DNA of 63,886 nt, filler included, from Octopus bimaculoides (taxonomy: Eukaryota), in assembly GCF_001194135.2 (NCBI RefSeq). It is 10 parts of 9 records of this genome, joined end to end, with 100 filler letters (N's around TTAATTAATTAA, not from the genome) between each part and the next. Parts side by side here need not be neighbours in the genome. Positions count along the whole stretch, not along the records: positions 50,714 to 54,264 come from NW_026376242.1; positions 54,365 to 56,555 come from NW_026349759.1; positions 56,656 to 58,636 come from NW_026319917.1; positions 58,737 to 59,948 come from NW_026400687.1; positions 60,049 to 62,775 come from NC_068984.1; positions 62,876 to 63,886 come from NW_026397603.1; 4 more parts are not named here. The stretch is one strand, 5' to 3'. Position numbers and translations under genes: made by a program. The notes under the pieces were generated by a model. That model had not been told where the DNA came from. It saw only the letters and a list, made by a program, of their open reading frames with translations, and searched no databases. Below, piece by piece: positions 51,395 through 63,886 of this stretch; positions within the stretch are counted from its first letter, which is position 1; the number at the start of each line of letters is the position of its first letter.

Positions 51395-52290
51395 TAGGGG
51401 CGAGGCCAAATGGATAAGTTGGGTAAAATGAGTAATTTAAAATTTTTTTGTTATTTCCTTTCTAGCTGTTTGAATCCATTACGTTGCAAGTATTGCACCA
51501 TTTCGTAGAATTGCATCATCTTAAAGAGTGAAAGGTGAAGTGGAAGAGAGTTTGAAACGTAATCAGATGACCGGTACTATTTCTCAAGAACTTATTACTC
51601 AAATTTGACATGATTGTTATTGAGGTTGCTAGTGGAATATCCGGATAACGTTTGCTGTTTAACAATCAAAATTCTTTTCTGTATTGGAGTCAAAGTCAAT
51701 ATTTTCCCACGCTAATGATTAATTTTATAATTTTCAATGATCAAATGATGTCTAAAGTGGGATACAATGAGTAATGTTTAATTTCCATAAATTCTACTTT
51801 AACTGTATGGTGCGTAAAATGTTTTCAATAAGAAAGTCTCTCCAGCAGCTCGTAAAGAAGCTCTAGAAAATATTTTACATTGAGTTGTTAGATTTAGTCG
51901 AGTTTTGTTCATTTCATATAATGAGGAATTTTTCCATGATCTTTTAATTGCCCCTGATAGTTAAAATATTTGTTTCATTTCTCATCCTTTTGATATCTGA
52001 AAATTAATATCGATGTACATGAGTCTTTTTCAAAAGTTATTCTGAAGAATGAACGAAAGAAATTTACATTAGTTCCTCTTACTCATTTTGCCCCGCAAAC
52101 ATTTGTCTTCCATAAGCTCAATGAGAACGGAGATAATTTTCTGAAATAATGTTCTGAACATGTTAAAGTCATTTTAATGCATTTAGAGACGATCATTTGG
52201 TTTAGTTTTTGTAAGGCAATGAACATTTGTAAAATATATTGTTTCTGAAAATCAAAAGCGTAGCAAATATTACTCATTGTGCACCCCGCT
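51395..52290. mobile_element. Possible old pogo-like non-autonomous DNA element
   Basis: Inverted GGGGYAAAATGAGTAA-like motifs at ~51395-51435 versus 52079-52097 and 52270-52292; no coding evidence. Confidence 0.3.
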
Positions 52291-52830
52291 ATGATGTTTA
52301 TCTTCCATATTATTGTTTTGTCAGTGTTATCTTTGATTGTTAAATAATCATCATGAAATCCTAAGTTTGATCGAACCAGGTTCAAAGCTCAAACGTGATT
52401 ATGTAGCTTATGTATCAGCTGTCATATCACTCACTCACTCACTCACTCACTCACTCGCTCACTCGCTCACTCGCTCACTCTCTCACTCACTCACTCACTC
52501 ATTCACTCACAAGTGGGACACATACTTGACGATGGGGAAAAAATATTTGCCATGAGTTAGTTGCAAATAAGACTTCTGTTTCCTTCTGTAAATCTGTGTG
52601 CGTGGATATGTGAATGTGTACGCTGGTGACAGTACGTGCGCTTGCGTGTACGTGCCTCTGTGTGCGTGTGTATGTGCGTATGTATGTGTGTGCGTGTATG
52701 CTGGTGCGTGTAAGTAATGAATTTAACATATTGGAATACATTTCTGTGTAGATATGAATACATATGTGTCTCTATGTATGCACGCATGCGCGCGCACACA
52801 CACATACACACAACACGCATATATGTATGT

Positions 52831-52868
<38 letters not shown>

Positions 52869-52884
52869 GTATTTATATATGTAC

Positions 52885-52925
<41 letters not shown>

Positions 52926-53477
52926 TCCCCTGAGATTGCAGATATTATCTCTGAATCTCTTTGATTCTTTAGATGTGCTGGCCTCCTGATAATTAATCGA
53001 TATTAATTAATATATGATTAATTACCATATTTTATAATAATGTATATATANNNNNNNNNNNNNNNNNNNNNNNNNNNNNNNNNNNNNNNNNNNNNNNNNN
53101 NNNNNNNNNNNNNNNNNNNNNNNNNNNNNNNNNNNNNNNNNNNNNNNNNNNNNNNNNNNNNNNNNNNNNNNNNNNNNNNNNNNNNNNNNNNNNNNNNNNN
53201 NNNNNNNNNNNNNNNNNNNNNNNNNNNNNNNNNNNNNNNNNNNNNNNNNNNNNNNNNNNNNNNNNNNNNNNNNNNNNNNNNNNNNNNNNNNNNNNNNNNN
53301 NNNNNNNNNNNNNNNNNNNNNNNNNNNNNNNNNNNNNNNNNNNNNNNNNNNNNNNNNNNNNNATATATATATATATATATATATATAAATATATATGCAT
53401 ATATATGTGGGGGGTGTAATCGTATTCATAATCTATTTTTGCCATAATTATTATAATTACTCTTATTACTATTAATC

Positions 53478-54030
53478 ACGCGGGGCAAAATGCTTAGCGG
53501 CATTTCGTCCGTCTTTACTTTCTGAGTTCAAATTGTGCCGAAGTCGACTTTGCACAATTTTCGGGCCTTGTGCCTATAGTAGAAAGGGTCATTATTATTA
53601 TCATTATCGTTAAGGCGACGAGGTGGCAGAATGGTCGGCGTGCCGGAATAAATGTTTAGTAGCTTTTTGTCCGTCTTTACAATATGAGTTCAAATTCCTC
53701 CGAGATCAACTATACCTTTCATTCTTTCGATGAAATAAGTTCCAGTCCAAAAATGGGATCGGTGTAATCGAGTTTCCCCTCCCCTCAAAAACCGCCGGCT
53801 TTGTGCCAAAGTATGAAAATTGTTATTGCTGAGGCAGTGAGCTGGCAGAAACGTTAGCACGCCAGGAGAAATGCTCAGCGGTATTTCGTCTGCCGCTACG
53901 TTCCGAGTTCAAATTTGGCTGAGGTCGACTTTGCTTTTCTTCCTTTCGGGGTCGATAAATTAAGTACCAGTGAACCACTGGCTTCGATGTACTCAACTAG
54001 TCCCCTTCCTACAAATTTTAGGCCTTGTCG
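53478..54030 (+). mobile_element. Three tandem family-A SINEs (first internally deleted)
   Basis: Heads at ~53480, ~53612 and ~53832. Confidence 0.9.
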
Positions 54031-55399
54031 TTACTGTTGTTGCTGCTGCTGAGGCACCCCGTCTCTAGTTTGGTTGTCAATGTCTAAGTAACTCAGCTGC
54101 CCGTTCGAGATATCTACTCTCTTGATAGATGTCACACAGATACTTTTCTAGATTTCAAGGGAGACCTGGAACAGGAACTTGTGGGATTTAAAGAAAAATC
54201 GCTAAAAAAATAATGACTTTTTATTTGCAATGCTAATTTATAGACTGATTGAATGAATGCACAGNNNNNNNNNNNNNNNNNNNNNNNNNNNNNNNNNNNN
54301 NNNNNNNNTTAATTAATTAANNNNNNNNNNNNNNNNNNNNNNNNNNNNNNNNNNNNNNNNNNNNTACATACATACATACATACATGCGTGCATACCAACA
54401 CACACACACACACACATATACATACATACAGAGGTATACAAAAAAAGATAGAGATAAAGAGAGAGGGGTGCGTATATATATATATATATATGTGTATGTG
54501 TGTACATATAAGTATATACGTACATATACAAACATACATACATACATACATACATACATACATACATACATACATACATGTAACCTTATAAAAACGTGTA
54601 TATACATACATATACATACGTATATTTGACCTTCCGACGTGTGACTAAGCGGTCTCACATTACTGAAAACACTTCAGTGTAGCCCCTATTCCGCTGACAG
54701 ATGCAACTTGATACTGAAGTGTTTCCTGACATTCGCCATCATTTTACATGAAGTCCCACCTCCAGCACAGAAGGTGGCGGCTTAGAAACTAACTAAATTT
54801 CAACTGAACTTCACATTTGTTTATATATCAATGATTCCTTAAGGGCTATTGAGCATCGAGTATTGGACAAAATAGCATTACTCCTCAATTATTTTAAACA
54901 AAACTATCTTAACAGTGATTATCTCGAGCATGTTGGGATCCTATCAATTCCTCATTTCACGAAGAATAAATACTCCACTTGAAAGAGGATGTTTTTCATC
55001 TCCGTTCTTTCCTTATTCGTTTTAGAACTCACCTACCCACCAGTGACATACCATAAGTTAGTATTGCCAAAATTGCAACGTAGCGAATCTTTGAAGCGAT
55101 TTTGTTATCAAAAGGGCAAATGCTAATTTAGCTCTAAACAACTGAGGTCTAATTAAGCCCAATTATGTTTTAAAGTAGACTATTAGACTGTTGTATATGT
55201 ATATATCTCTCACATCTCCCTTTATGCCTCTCTCTCTCTTTCTGTATGTATGTATGTATTATGTATATATATATGTACGTATGCTTTATGTTTACAGCTA
55301 TACATATATGTATATGTGTGCGCGCGTACGAATTCATTCTTACCATTCTTCTTTAAATTACTATTATAATATGGAAATCATGTACTCAACTATATTATA

Positions 55400-56100
55400 T
55401 CGTGTTCTGGGAGTCCCCTCGAGCGAGAAGACTAGGGAATCGGTGGTATTTTCTTGCTGAAAACCACATGAGTCTGAGTGCTGCAACAAAAAGCCCGCTC
55501 TCTATATTAAAAGAAAATTCAGCTTTGGTCTTATGCTGCATTTGGTTTATAGTGAGGGAAGACTGCTCCGAAAGGCCAGCCTTAGATTTGCTAAGGGAGA
55601 ACTTGTAAACCTTTGAGAACTGATCAGCATAAGTTGAACTCGTTTTGCGCAAACAATCCAGACATCAGCAAACAGCATTTCATAGATACTTAGATACTTA
55701 GCTTTATTTTTTACTTGTAATCAGCGGCATCTGAATCATTTTCCTGTATATCAGTACTTAATATCAATTTCGGATTGAGATGCTCTGGAGCCCTCTTGCG
55801 AAATGGTACAAAACTTGATACTGAAGTGAGTTACAAAACAACGATCTTGTTTCACACCATTTGTGACAGAACGGATACAGAGAACTACATAACTCCTAAC
55901 ACCCTAATATCACTAGGAAACTGGTACCCACAAAACTCAGGCTTTTGTGGACAACTATATTTGATAAGGATTTTCATTAAACCAAAGTGAGAAACTATTA
56001 CAAAAGCCTTCCTGAGAACACCAAAAATCAAGAACAGGGACTGATTTGGCTCTTTACAATTCTACTGAAGCAGTCTTTCTGAAAAGATCGCGTTAGTAAT
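55400..56100 (-). pseudogene. RTE-clade reverse transcriptase fragment, decayed
   Basis: Minus: LRKAFVIVSHFGLMKILIKYSCPQK, SVTNGVKQD.., IDIKY..GK*F..LQVKNK..EMLFAD(V); RTE/BovB-type motifs with stops and frameshifts. Confidence 0.85.
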
Positions 56101-56230
56101 GCAATTTTAAGAACGGAAGTTTCGCTTTCTGGAAAAGAAGTCTACGTTTAACTGCCATTAAATCATCCAAATGTACATGATTTACATTATTTACATTTGA
56201 CGGATATTTGTCCTCATCTTCTTTGTTCTT

Positions 56231-56276
56231 AACACAACGTTTCGGCTGATAAACCCTCCAGCCTTCATCGGGTGTC
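56231..56276 (-). ncRNA. Minimal type I hammerhead motif in a PLE pLTR-like fragment (~56170-56310)
   Basis: GACAC [CCGATGA]A GGCTG-gagggtttat-CAGCC [GAAA] C-G-T-T | GTGTT; loopless palindromic stem III (ACGT). Confidence 0.6.
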
Positions 56277-56414
56277 TTGGGGAAATTTCGAAGCTGGGTT
56301 CTCAATCTTAAGGTATTATTATTAATAGACAGAGAACACCACTGGAAAATACGAAAATTAAAAAAGAAGCAGCACATATGCTAGGACACAACCTCCTAAG
56401 CAGACCGAGTGTAG

Positions 56415-56500
56415 ATGGCGTAGTGGTTAAGAGCACGGACTACTAACCCCAAGATTCCAGGCAGTGACCTGAATAATAATAATAACAATAATAATAATGA
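56415..56500 (+). mobile_element. Short tRNA-derived SINE head with (AAT)n tail
   Basis: TGGCGTAGTGGTTAAGAGCACGGACTACTAACCCCAAGATTCCAGGCAGTGACCTG(AAT)n; A box intact, B box deleted. Confidence 0.5.
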
Positions 56501-57834
56501 TAATAATAACCCGTGCTAAAATTGCTGCCTTAGCTATTATGACTGAAAAATGGCANNNNNNNNNNNNNNNNNNNNNNNNNNNNNNNNNNNNNNNNNNNNT
56601 TAATTAATTAANNNNNNNNNNNNNNNNNNNNNNNNNNNNNNNNNNNNNNNNNNNNTTCTCTCTCTCTCTCTTTCTTTCTCTCTCTCTCTCTTTCTTTCTC
56701 TCTCTGTCTTTCTTTTTCTCTCTCTCTTTCTTTCTTTCTCTCTCTCTCTCTCATATACACATACACCATCAACATTACTCTCTCTGTCGCACACAGCCCA
56801 TCAAACATACACACTGACACACACACAGACATACGTACGCACATCAATTCTCCCCTCTCACCACAACTTCAAAAGCAGTTCAGTCATAAAACTGTGCATG
56901 TCTCTTCATTCGCCGCCCACTTAAAAAGATCGCCTTTCCTTTTTACTTGTCCGGCCATTGAACGAGAGATAAAACACAAACCAACTCCTGCTAAATGCAA
57001 AAATCCCACCAAAAATACACACACATACACACACAAACGGACATTTCATGTCTTTCAGTTTCTCTATGATTATACACGCGTCGAAAACAATAGCTCTTAC
57101 ATACATTATAATCTTCAACAGGTATGTATCAATTTCTATAATACAAATTGTTTTTTAAGTCAATGACACACAAATTCACTCACTCTATCTCTCTTTCTTA
57201 CCCTCTTTCTCTCTCACATACACCCCCCCACACACACACATCCATTTCATATATCTTTCAATTTCTGCTCTCTGCAAATAAAATTTTTACGGATAAAACT
57301 GCTTATAAATATTGCGATTAATGTATAATTTCTTTACTATGTTCATAATTAAATAAGTCTTTTAATGATTAGACAGACGTCCAATAGAATAGCTCTCACA
57401 AACAGACTATGTACAAATTCTTTCTTCACAACTCCTGAAGCCATTTTCTGACAGGAAGGGGTGAGGCTCCAATCAAAACGGGACACGAAATGATCAGGTT
57501 GAGAAATGGTGTTATAGATTATGCCTAACCNNNNNNNNNNNNNNNNNNNNNNNNNNNNNNNNNNNNNNNNNNNNNNNNNNNNNNNNNNNNNNNNNNNNNN
57601 NNNNNNNNNNNNNNNNNNNNNNNNNNNNNNNNNNNNNNNNNNNNNNNNNNNNNNNNNNNNNNNNNNNNNNNNNNNNNNNNNNNNNNNNNNNNNNNNNNNN
57701 NNNNNNNNNNNNNNNNNNNNNNNNNNNNNNNNNNNNNNNNNNNNNNNNNNNNNNNNNNNNNNNNNNNNNNNAACCGAAAACAATCACAGCCACATCATCC
57801 AAACAAACAGGGTGAAACCAGGTTTAGCTGCTAG

Positions 57835-57892
<58 letters not shown>

Positions 57893-57893
57893 T

Positions 57894-58589
57894 ATAGGGT
57901 AGAAAAATTAGAGAAATTTTCTACCAGTGGCTAGCATGCATAAACGAGTCAATAGAAGACATATTTTTCATATAAAATTAGCATACATTTATATACAAAA
58001 GAGGTGAGCCTAACAGGCCACCTTACATGCTAAAAAGAGCAGTCAAAGCCCAAACCACAGTTAAGAGTAATTTCAAAGAGGATGATAAAAGCATTTTCAA
58101 CAGTTACCACATGCACCTAGGTTTTGAACATCAATGAACAAATTAAATAATTTGCCATCCGTGTTCTCATCAGCACAGGCACTTTAAATATATATTTATG
58201 GAACATAGAAGGCAGCACATGTTCCATCTATTTATATTATAAATTTTCAAATCCACCATGCAAGCACAGTTATAGTTTGCAGCAAATAAAAATATGTGTG
58301 CCAGCATTCTTCAAAATTACAAAATTATTCTAAGAAAATATATATAGAGTAGAAAAATTAGAGAAATTTTCTACCAGTTGCTAGCATGCATAAAAGAGTC
58401 ATCACCTTCAAAATTAGTCTTAACTATGGTTTGGGCTTTGATTGCTCTGTTTTAGCATGTAAGGTAGCCCATTAGGCTCAACTCTTTTGTGTATAAATGT
58501 ACAATAATTATATACGAAAAATATGTTGTCTATTGACTCTTATGCATGCTAGCCACTAGTAGAAAATTTCTCTAATTTTTCTACCCTAT
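57894..58589. mobile_element. ORF-less element: 450-bp partial tandem unit plus ~190-bp inverted arm (PLE/retrozyme-like)
   Basis: 57894-58086 is inverted at 58399-58589, and 57894-57950 is directly repeated at 58344-58400 (offset 450). Contains a degenerate hammerhead at 58110-58177 (minus). Confidence 0.8.
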
Positions 58590-58636
58590 TCTTTTATTTG
58601 TCTCAGTCATTTGACTGCAGCCATGCTGGAGCACCA
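58590..58636 (-). mobile_element. 3' tail of a family-C SINE (cut by gap)
   Basis: Reverse complement of the gcatggctgcagtcaaatgactgagacaaataaaagaa tail, also seen at 60300-60345. Confidence 0.7.
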
Positions 58637-60048
58637 NNNNNNNNNNNNNNNNNNNNNNNNNNNNNNNNNNNNNNNNNNNNTTAATTAATTAANNNNNNNN
58701 NNNNNNNNNNNNNNNNNNNNNNNNNNNNNNNNNNNNTTACATTTTTTTTTTGTCACCGAGGTTCCCACTAAAAACTTTGAATATCAAACTATTTTTATTA
58801 TTCGTAATTATAAGCGAGCGGCATTTTCTATTTTGTGAAACACGACGCAATATCTGACGACTAACTCAAGGACACCAGATACATGGAAAACGGAAATATT
58901 ATATCACTGCTAACATATTCAATGAAACAAGTTTTCCTACATAACATATATCAGTATTAAACTCTATGATGCAATCTCGACTAACTTATTTTGCTGTCTA
59001 AATAATCTAAATTTTCTGTAATCTTCAAGTAAGTTTTACAAAATCCCAATGTACAGTAATATGATCTTAGTCTACGACCCGTTTCAATCTATTTTGAACT
59101 GCGCCATAGCCAGCCTAATCCAGCGTATGTTGCAACTTCCGGCTACGTCATTTAGAATAGCATATCTTTCTGTCGCTCATTCCAAAATCACATATGGCTT
59201 TTCTGTGCCTCTAGCTTTGTCAGTCTATTATAAGTACCCGAATCTTGTTGCTAGTGTAAGAAAATTCTGACATATCTTCAAGTGTCGCATCCTTCTGCAG
59301 AATACGTGTATTGGCTGCTTGCTATATTTTCCAACACTAGGTCGTACGGAGGATGGTGCTTGCTTTTTAGTCTAATCTGAAGTTTAGTTCCAACAGTCGC
59401 TGCTTCGATACCGCCAGCGGCGACTACACGGCTGCAAGCTTTTATAAAAGAGTATTAGCCTGAAAACTCCTCGGACTAAGATATCATAAAATAAAATTTA
59501 TTTTAAATACGTTAGTCTTACGACTTCGGATATGTATGAACGTGTGAAAATGCCACACTTTTTTTTAACGCTTTGCCCCTGTCATACTTGATGTAGACAT
59601 ATTATGCAATAGGTTTCAGAAGAGACGAAACCATTCTCTTTCCTTTTCCAGACTCATATAGTTGGGATTCATCAAGTATGTCCTACTCTAAGAGGGTATA
59701 CTGTAGCTTGAGGGACGGTCGTTTGATAACAGTAGCAGTTCGAGTAATTTTCTACAAAATTACTCGTTGGATTGTACAGTGTACGTCATTAAAAAATCCC
59801 TGCCATATCAGACGGGTTGGCAAATGTTTCAACATAAAAAGTGTATTATAAGGTAGCATTCTGAATTATATTTACTGGACTGAGACGATGCACCTACCCA
59901 TTATACATGCGCAGACAGATACACACACATAAACAGACAGACACACACNNNNNNNNNNNNNNNNNNNNNNNNNNNNNNNNNNNNNNNNNNNNTTAATTAA
60001 TTAANNNNNNNNNNNNNNNNNNNNNNNNNNNNNNNNNNNNNNNNNNNN

Positions 60049-60087
<39 letters not shown>

Positions 60088-60139
60088 TTATATATATATA
60101 CATATATACATATACGTGTGTATGTGTGTGTGTGTGTAT

Positions 60140-60347
60140 CTGTGTTCGTGTATGTATCTGTGTTTGTCTTCCCATCATCGCTTGACAACCGGTATTGGTG
60201 TGTTTACGTCCCTGTAACCTGACGGTTCGGCAAAGAGACCGATAGAATAAGTGCTCCTGATGTCGATTCGTTCGACTAAAACCCTTCAAAGCGGTACTCC
60301 AGCCTGGCCGCAGTCAAATGACCGAAACAAGTAAAAGAATAAAAGAT
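60140..60347 (+). mobile_element. 3' half of a family-C SINE after (TG)n
   Basis: catcgcttgacaacc..ggttcggcaaagagaccgatagaataag..ccagcctggccgcagtcaaatgaccgaaacaagtaaaagaataaaaga. Confidence 0.8.
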
Positions 60348-60909
60348 TTAAAAATATAATAAATGCAGTCAAACACGGAGATACATAGAAAATGTACGAA
60401 TAAAAGAAGACGAAAACTAGTTGGGCTGACGTGGATTATAAAACATACGACATGGGAAGTTTAACAAAATGGGGCTAATCTATTTTTATATTTTATACCG
60501 CTTGAAGTTAATACAACCTACTGATTGTTACTAAAGATGAATTAATTATTAATACAGGCAGTAATTAATTAATTAATTGTAGGATATCTCCTACATGTTC
60601 ATTTGAATTTTTATAAACAAGGGCGTTTGAAAACTATACATGGAATATAATACCATGTTATATACAATACAGTATAATTATAAACATACATACATTACAT
60701 ACACGCACACACATACACACACACATATCTATATAGTCATATATATGCATATACATGTATACACACGCAAGACAGACATACATATATTCATGCAAGTTAA
60801 AACGTATTACAAATGTAAATATCATAATTTATGCGAGAAAAATTATGTTTGTTTAAACTATCGAGGGGGTTTCTACTTGTTGGTAATGTTCGTAGGTTTA
60901 TAATGTCGG

Positions 60910-62250
60910 GTTGAACTATGCGTGCGGTGCCTGCAAGAAGAGATGAATTCACAAACGTTGTTTAATAAAGCGTGTTGAACAAACAGGACTTAATTTTTCT
61001 CTAATGTACATAATTGACACTGTTTTTCATTATAGTTGTACGGTTTATCTCTTGCACTATATGTTAATTTGTGTTTAAGAGGTCTTTAGTTGATAGGCGT
61101 ATGCCAGTAGTGAAGTGGGGTATTTACTATTTCTGTATTTAAGCGCAAAGAAGCGTAGTATCTTTTTAAAATGGCTCACATTTAAACCTACATACAATAA
61201 TAATCCAGAGCAGGTTTCTAAACCAGTTCTTTGGTAATAGAAAACATAAGTTACTGTTACTGCAGTTGAAATTAGTTGGGGAACATGTATTGTTTTGGTG
61301 ACTGCTTCTTAATTTGTTTACGCTGGAGTAGAGCTTCTTTTGTTGAGAGCAAAATGTTTAGTCTGTCTATGTTGAACAATTTATAGCGTATCTAGTGTTT
61401 TAGGAAGTGTATACCGAAGAGCTTAAAAACGTTGTTTTAAAGACTGGGTTATACCAGGTAAGTGATGTCTTTAGCTTTCTTTGTCAGAAGAATTAGTTGT
61501 ATTTTGTATATATTTTGCCTCTCTGACTACTTTTCAGTAGTACATCATTTAGTGGCATGCTGATTTATTGAAAACCTTTTCCATCGAAAGCAATGAAAAT
61601 ATTATTTGTGAAGTATTTTAGACCAGTATTTTAAAGAATATTTCTCAGGGGCATTGATTGTTTGTTTATATGAAAGAAAGAAAAAGAGAAAAAAGAAACT
61701 GCGTCTTATTACGATTTTTATATAGGCTAAATATGTTATTTGATAAGGTTAGCATTACATCTAGAAACTTCATTCAGTTTTTTACTCTATACGATAAGGA
61801 TTTTAAATCCTAATTATTTGAAGAAAAGGTGGAGATATTTCCGAAATCTATCTGCAAATGTAGGGGACATTCTTGTTAATAACAACAACCCATCATCTTG
61901 GTACAGACCTCCTTTTATGAATGGGAAATTCACTTTCATTTTGTGTCAAACATGCACTTAGCGTGAAATATATAAGCCAACTAGGGAGGTAGCTTTTGCA
62001 GAGTCCTTGCGATCCCAAGCTAACGTCGAAAAGATGGAGAACACTGCTATATTTCTTTATCCATTTGCTATTATTATAGAATAATAAAGTTTTATGGGTT
62101 TAACTATATGGTTTCGATTTGGGTGGATGTGATGTTGATGATATAGCTAGCAGGGTAAATGCATTCGAAAGTTTCATTTGGTAAATAGAAACACAGTCAT
62201 AAATGTCGAACTGAGGGGAAAAACACCCACCGAAGATATGAGGAATTTAG
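60910..62250 (-). pseudogene. Old Penelope-like RT + GIY-YIG pseudogene
   Basis: Minus: FDVSLGS(Q)DSAKATSLVGLYI, GGLYQDDGL, KFLDVMLTL, TWYNPVF, HFPK, YVGL, KPYN..KQCQLCTLEK..LLN..ISSCRH; many stops and frameshifts. Confidence 0.88.
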
Positions 62251-63047
62251 AACATTACTATAGTGGCGTTTTGGAAATGTTTTTAATAGGTAGTATATCG
62301 TTTTGGGGATTATGCTAATGTCAGATTTTTGCAGCCCTCACCGTTTGTTTCTATTGTTTTGTTCTTACTGTCCTGTTTTTGTTACTACTTTAACCCACCG
62401 CAAAAAATTTATTTTATTTAATTTGCTTTGCAGGAAGCACTGTTTTAACGAAGTTGCATCTTGTCTCTACCTTCGAAACGCGGAGTAGATAAAACAGGGG
62501 ACAACTGATGAAGGGAATGTTCTTTATATTACCTGTCTCGTTTCTCTATTTGTTCTTTCGTTGCTCGAAAAAAAGTTCGTGTTCCATACTTTTGTTTTTT
62601 TATGTTCTCGTTTCTTATTTTGTTCACACTTTTTGACGTCGTGTACCCATATATACATGTATATATATACATATATATGTAGGTATGTACATGTATGTGT
62701 GTATGTATGCATATATACATGTTATATATATATATATATACACACATACAGGCATATATATACATATATATATATNNNNNNNNNNNNNNNNNNNNNNNNN
62801 NNNNNNNNNNNNNNNNNNNTTAATTAATTAANNNNNNNNNNNNNNNNNNNNNNNNNNNNNNNNNNNNNNNNNNNNGGATATGGTTATAAAGGTTTCTCTG
62901 GTCAGAGTGGCAACACTCTTATAGGCTGTTTTTTTTTTTACTACTATCAAAATGTTGAGGAATTAAACCCTAGGTATATAGGTCAAACAGGGCTTTTTCT
63001 TTACTCTGAATAGAGCATCAGTATTGGTTTACAGACATCAATATTAG

Positions 63048-63845
63048 TTTAAACAATATGTTAGGAATTGCTCAAACCAGGAACTACAAAGAATTAAGGG
63101 TAGGCTAGCTAGATTTTTCAACAGAATGGGGATGAGTATAGTTTACGAAGATGATATCTCAGTAGCAAACTTCCTAGACGTAACATTAGATATTAAGAAT
63201 AAGACATATAGACCACACCACAAACCCCTAACGAACCTACAGTATATAAATAAATCAAGTAATCATCCTAGGGCTATCACCGAGAATCTAGTTAAAAATA
63301 TCTCTTTAAGACTCTCTAAATTATCTGCTAACAATAGGGTCTTTAATAATGAAGCTAATTTCTATAATGCAGCACTGAATAAGGCAGGGTATAGAGAAAG
63401 GGTCTCCTATATTGAAAATGATAGCAACGGAATTGAAACAACTGACAGCAGTAATAATAATGATAATAATAAGAGGAATAAACACAAGGAAAATAAAGGA
63501 AATAAACCAAGATACCCCCATAAACACAACATAAGTAACTTAAAATTCTTTAAAAACGATATTAATAACCATGAGGATGATAATAATAATAAAGATAATA
63601 AAATCTGGTTCATAATCTCATTTTGGAGAAATATCAGGAGTAATCTGATAGCTAAGTTTAGAGAGGTGATAGGTAGGCACTTCCCAAGGAGCTCACACTA
63701 TGGTAAGATTATCAACGCACACATAATTAGGTTTGGATTTTCAAATACTAGGAACATAGCACAAATAATAGCAGCACATAACCTTAAAATACTTAAGTCT
63801 AAAGAAACAGGGAGAAATGAGAATTTGAACAATAATATAAATAGA

Positions 63846-63886
<41 letters not shown>
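63048..63886 (+). pseudogene. Penelope RT C-terminal half, open to the window end (same family as 18136-18790)
   Basis: Stop-free frame from 63048: ..RLARFFNRMGMSIV..NFLDVTLDIKNKTYRPHHKP..SNHP..IWFIISF..HFPRSSHYGKIIN..NNNN. The upstream YRDD region is destroyed. Absent from the ORF track, probably because it has no stop inside the window. Confidence 0.9.

Noticed and set aside
57440-57500. Minus-strand FDWS peptide reminiscent of aftiphilin QFDWSSSG
   Set aside because: Only four residues match, no acceptor AG upstream, and the context is unrelated.
62470-62590. CCTTCGAAACGC..CTGATGAAGGG as a permuted (type II) or long type I hammerhead
   Set aside because: Stem I cannot pair in either arrangement.

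Overview
Repeat-rich, AT-rich animal genomic DNA with many scaffold gaps. The SINE repertoire, microsatellite load and gap style suggest an octopus draft assembly (inference, not verified). Only one host gene is supported: the last coding exon of an aftiphilin (AFTPH)-like gene on the minus strand (836-1062), plus a candidate in-phase 15-nt microexon (6983-6997). The rest is transposon-derived. It includes a DD37D (maT) Tc1/mariner element interrupted at a CCGG site by the OTU-protease-encoding end of a Ginger1-like DNA transposon, several Penelope-like elements (PLEs), mariner, Tigger and RTE remnants, about 30 tRNA-derived SINE copies, a 5S rRNA fragment and many simple repeats. The most striking unexplained signal is a set of type I hammerhead ribozyme motifs with palindromic stem III in five different repeat families (six motifs in all), including one in a highly structured, retrozyme-like ORF-less element at about 11.05-11.31 kb. 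SINE copies lose CpGs in the first ~10.9 kb but keep them downstream, which looks like a gene-body methylation footprint. Nearly all ORFs in the supplied track are microsatellite or N-gap artefacts.
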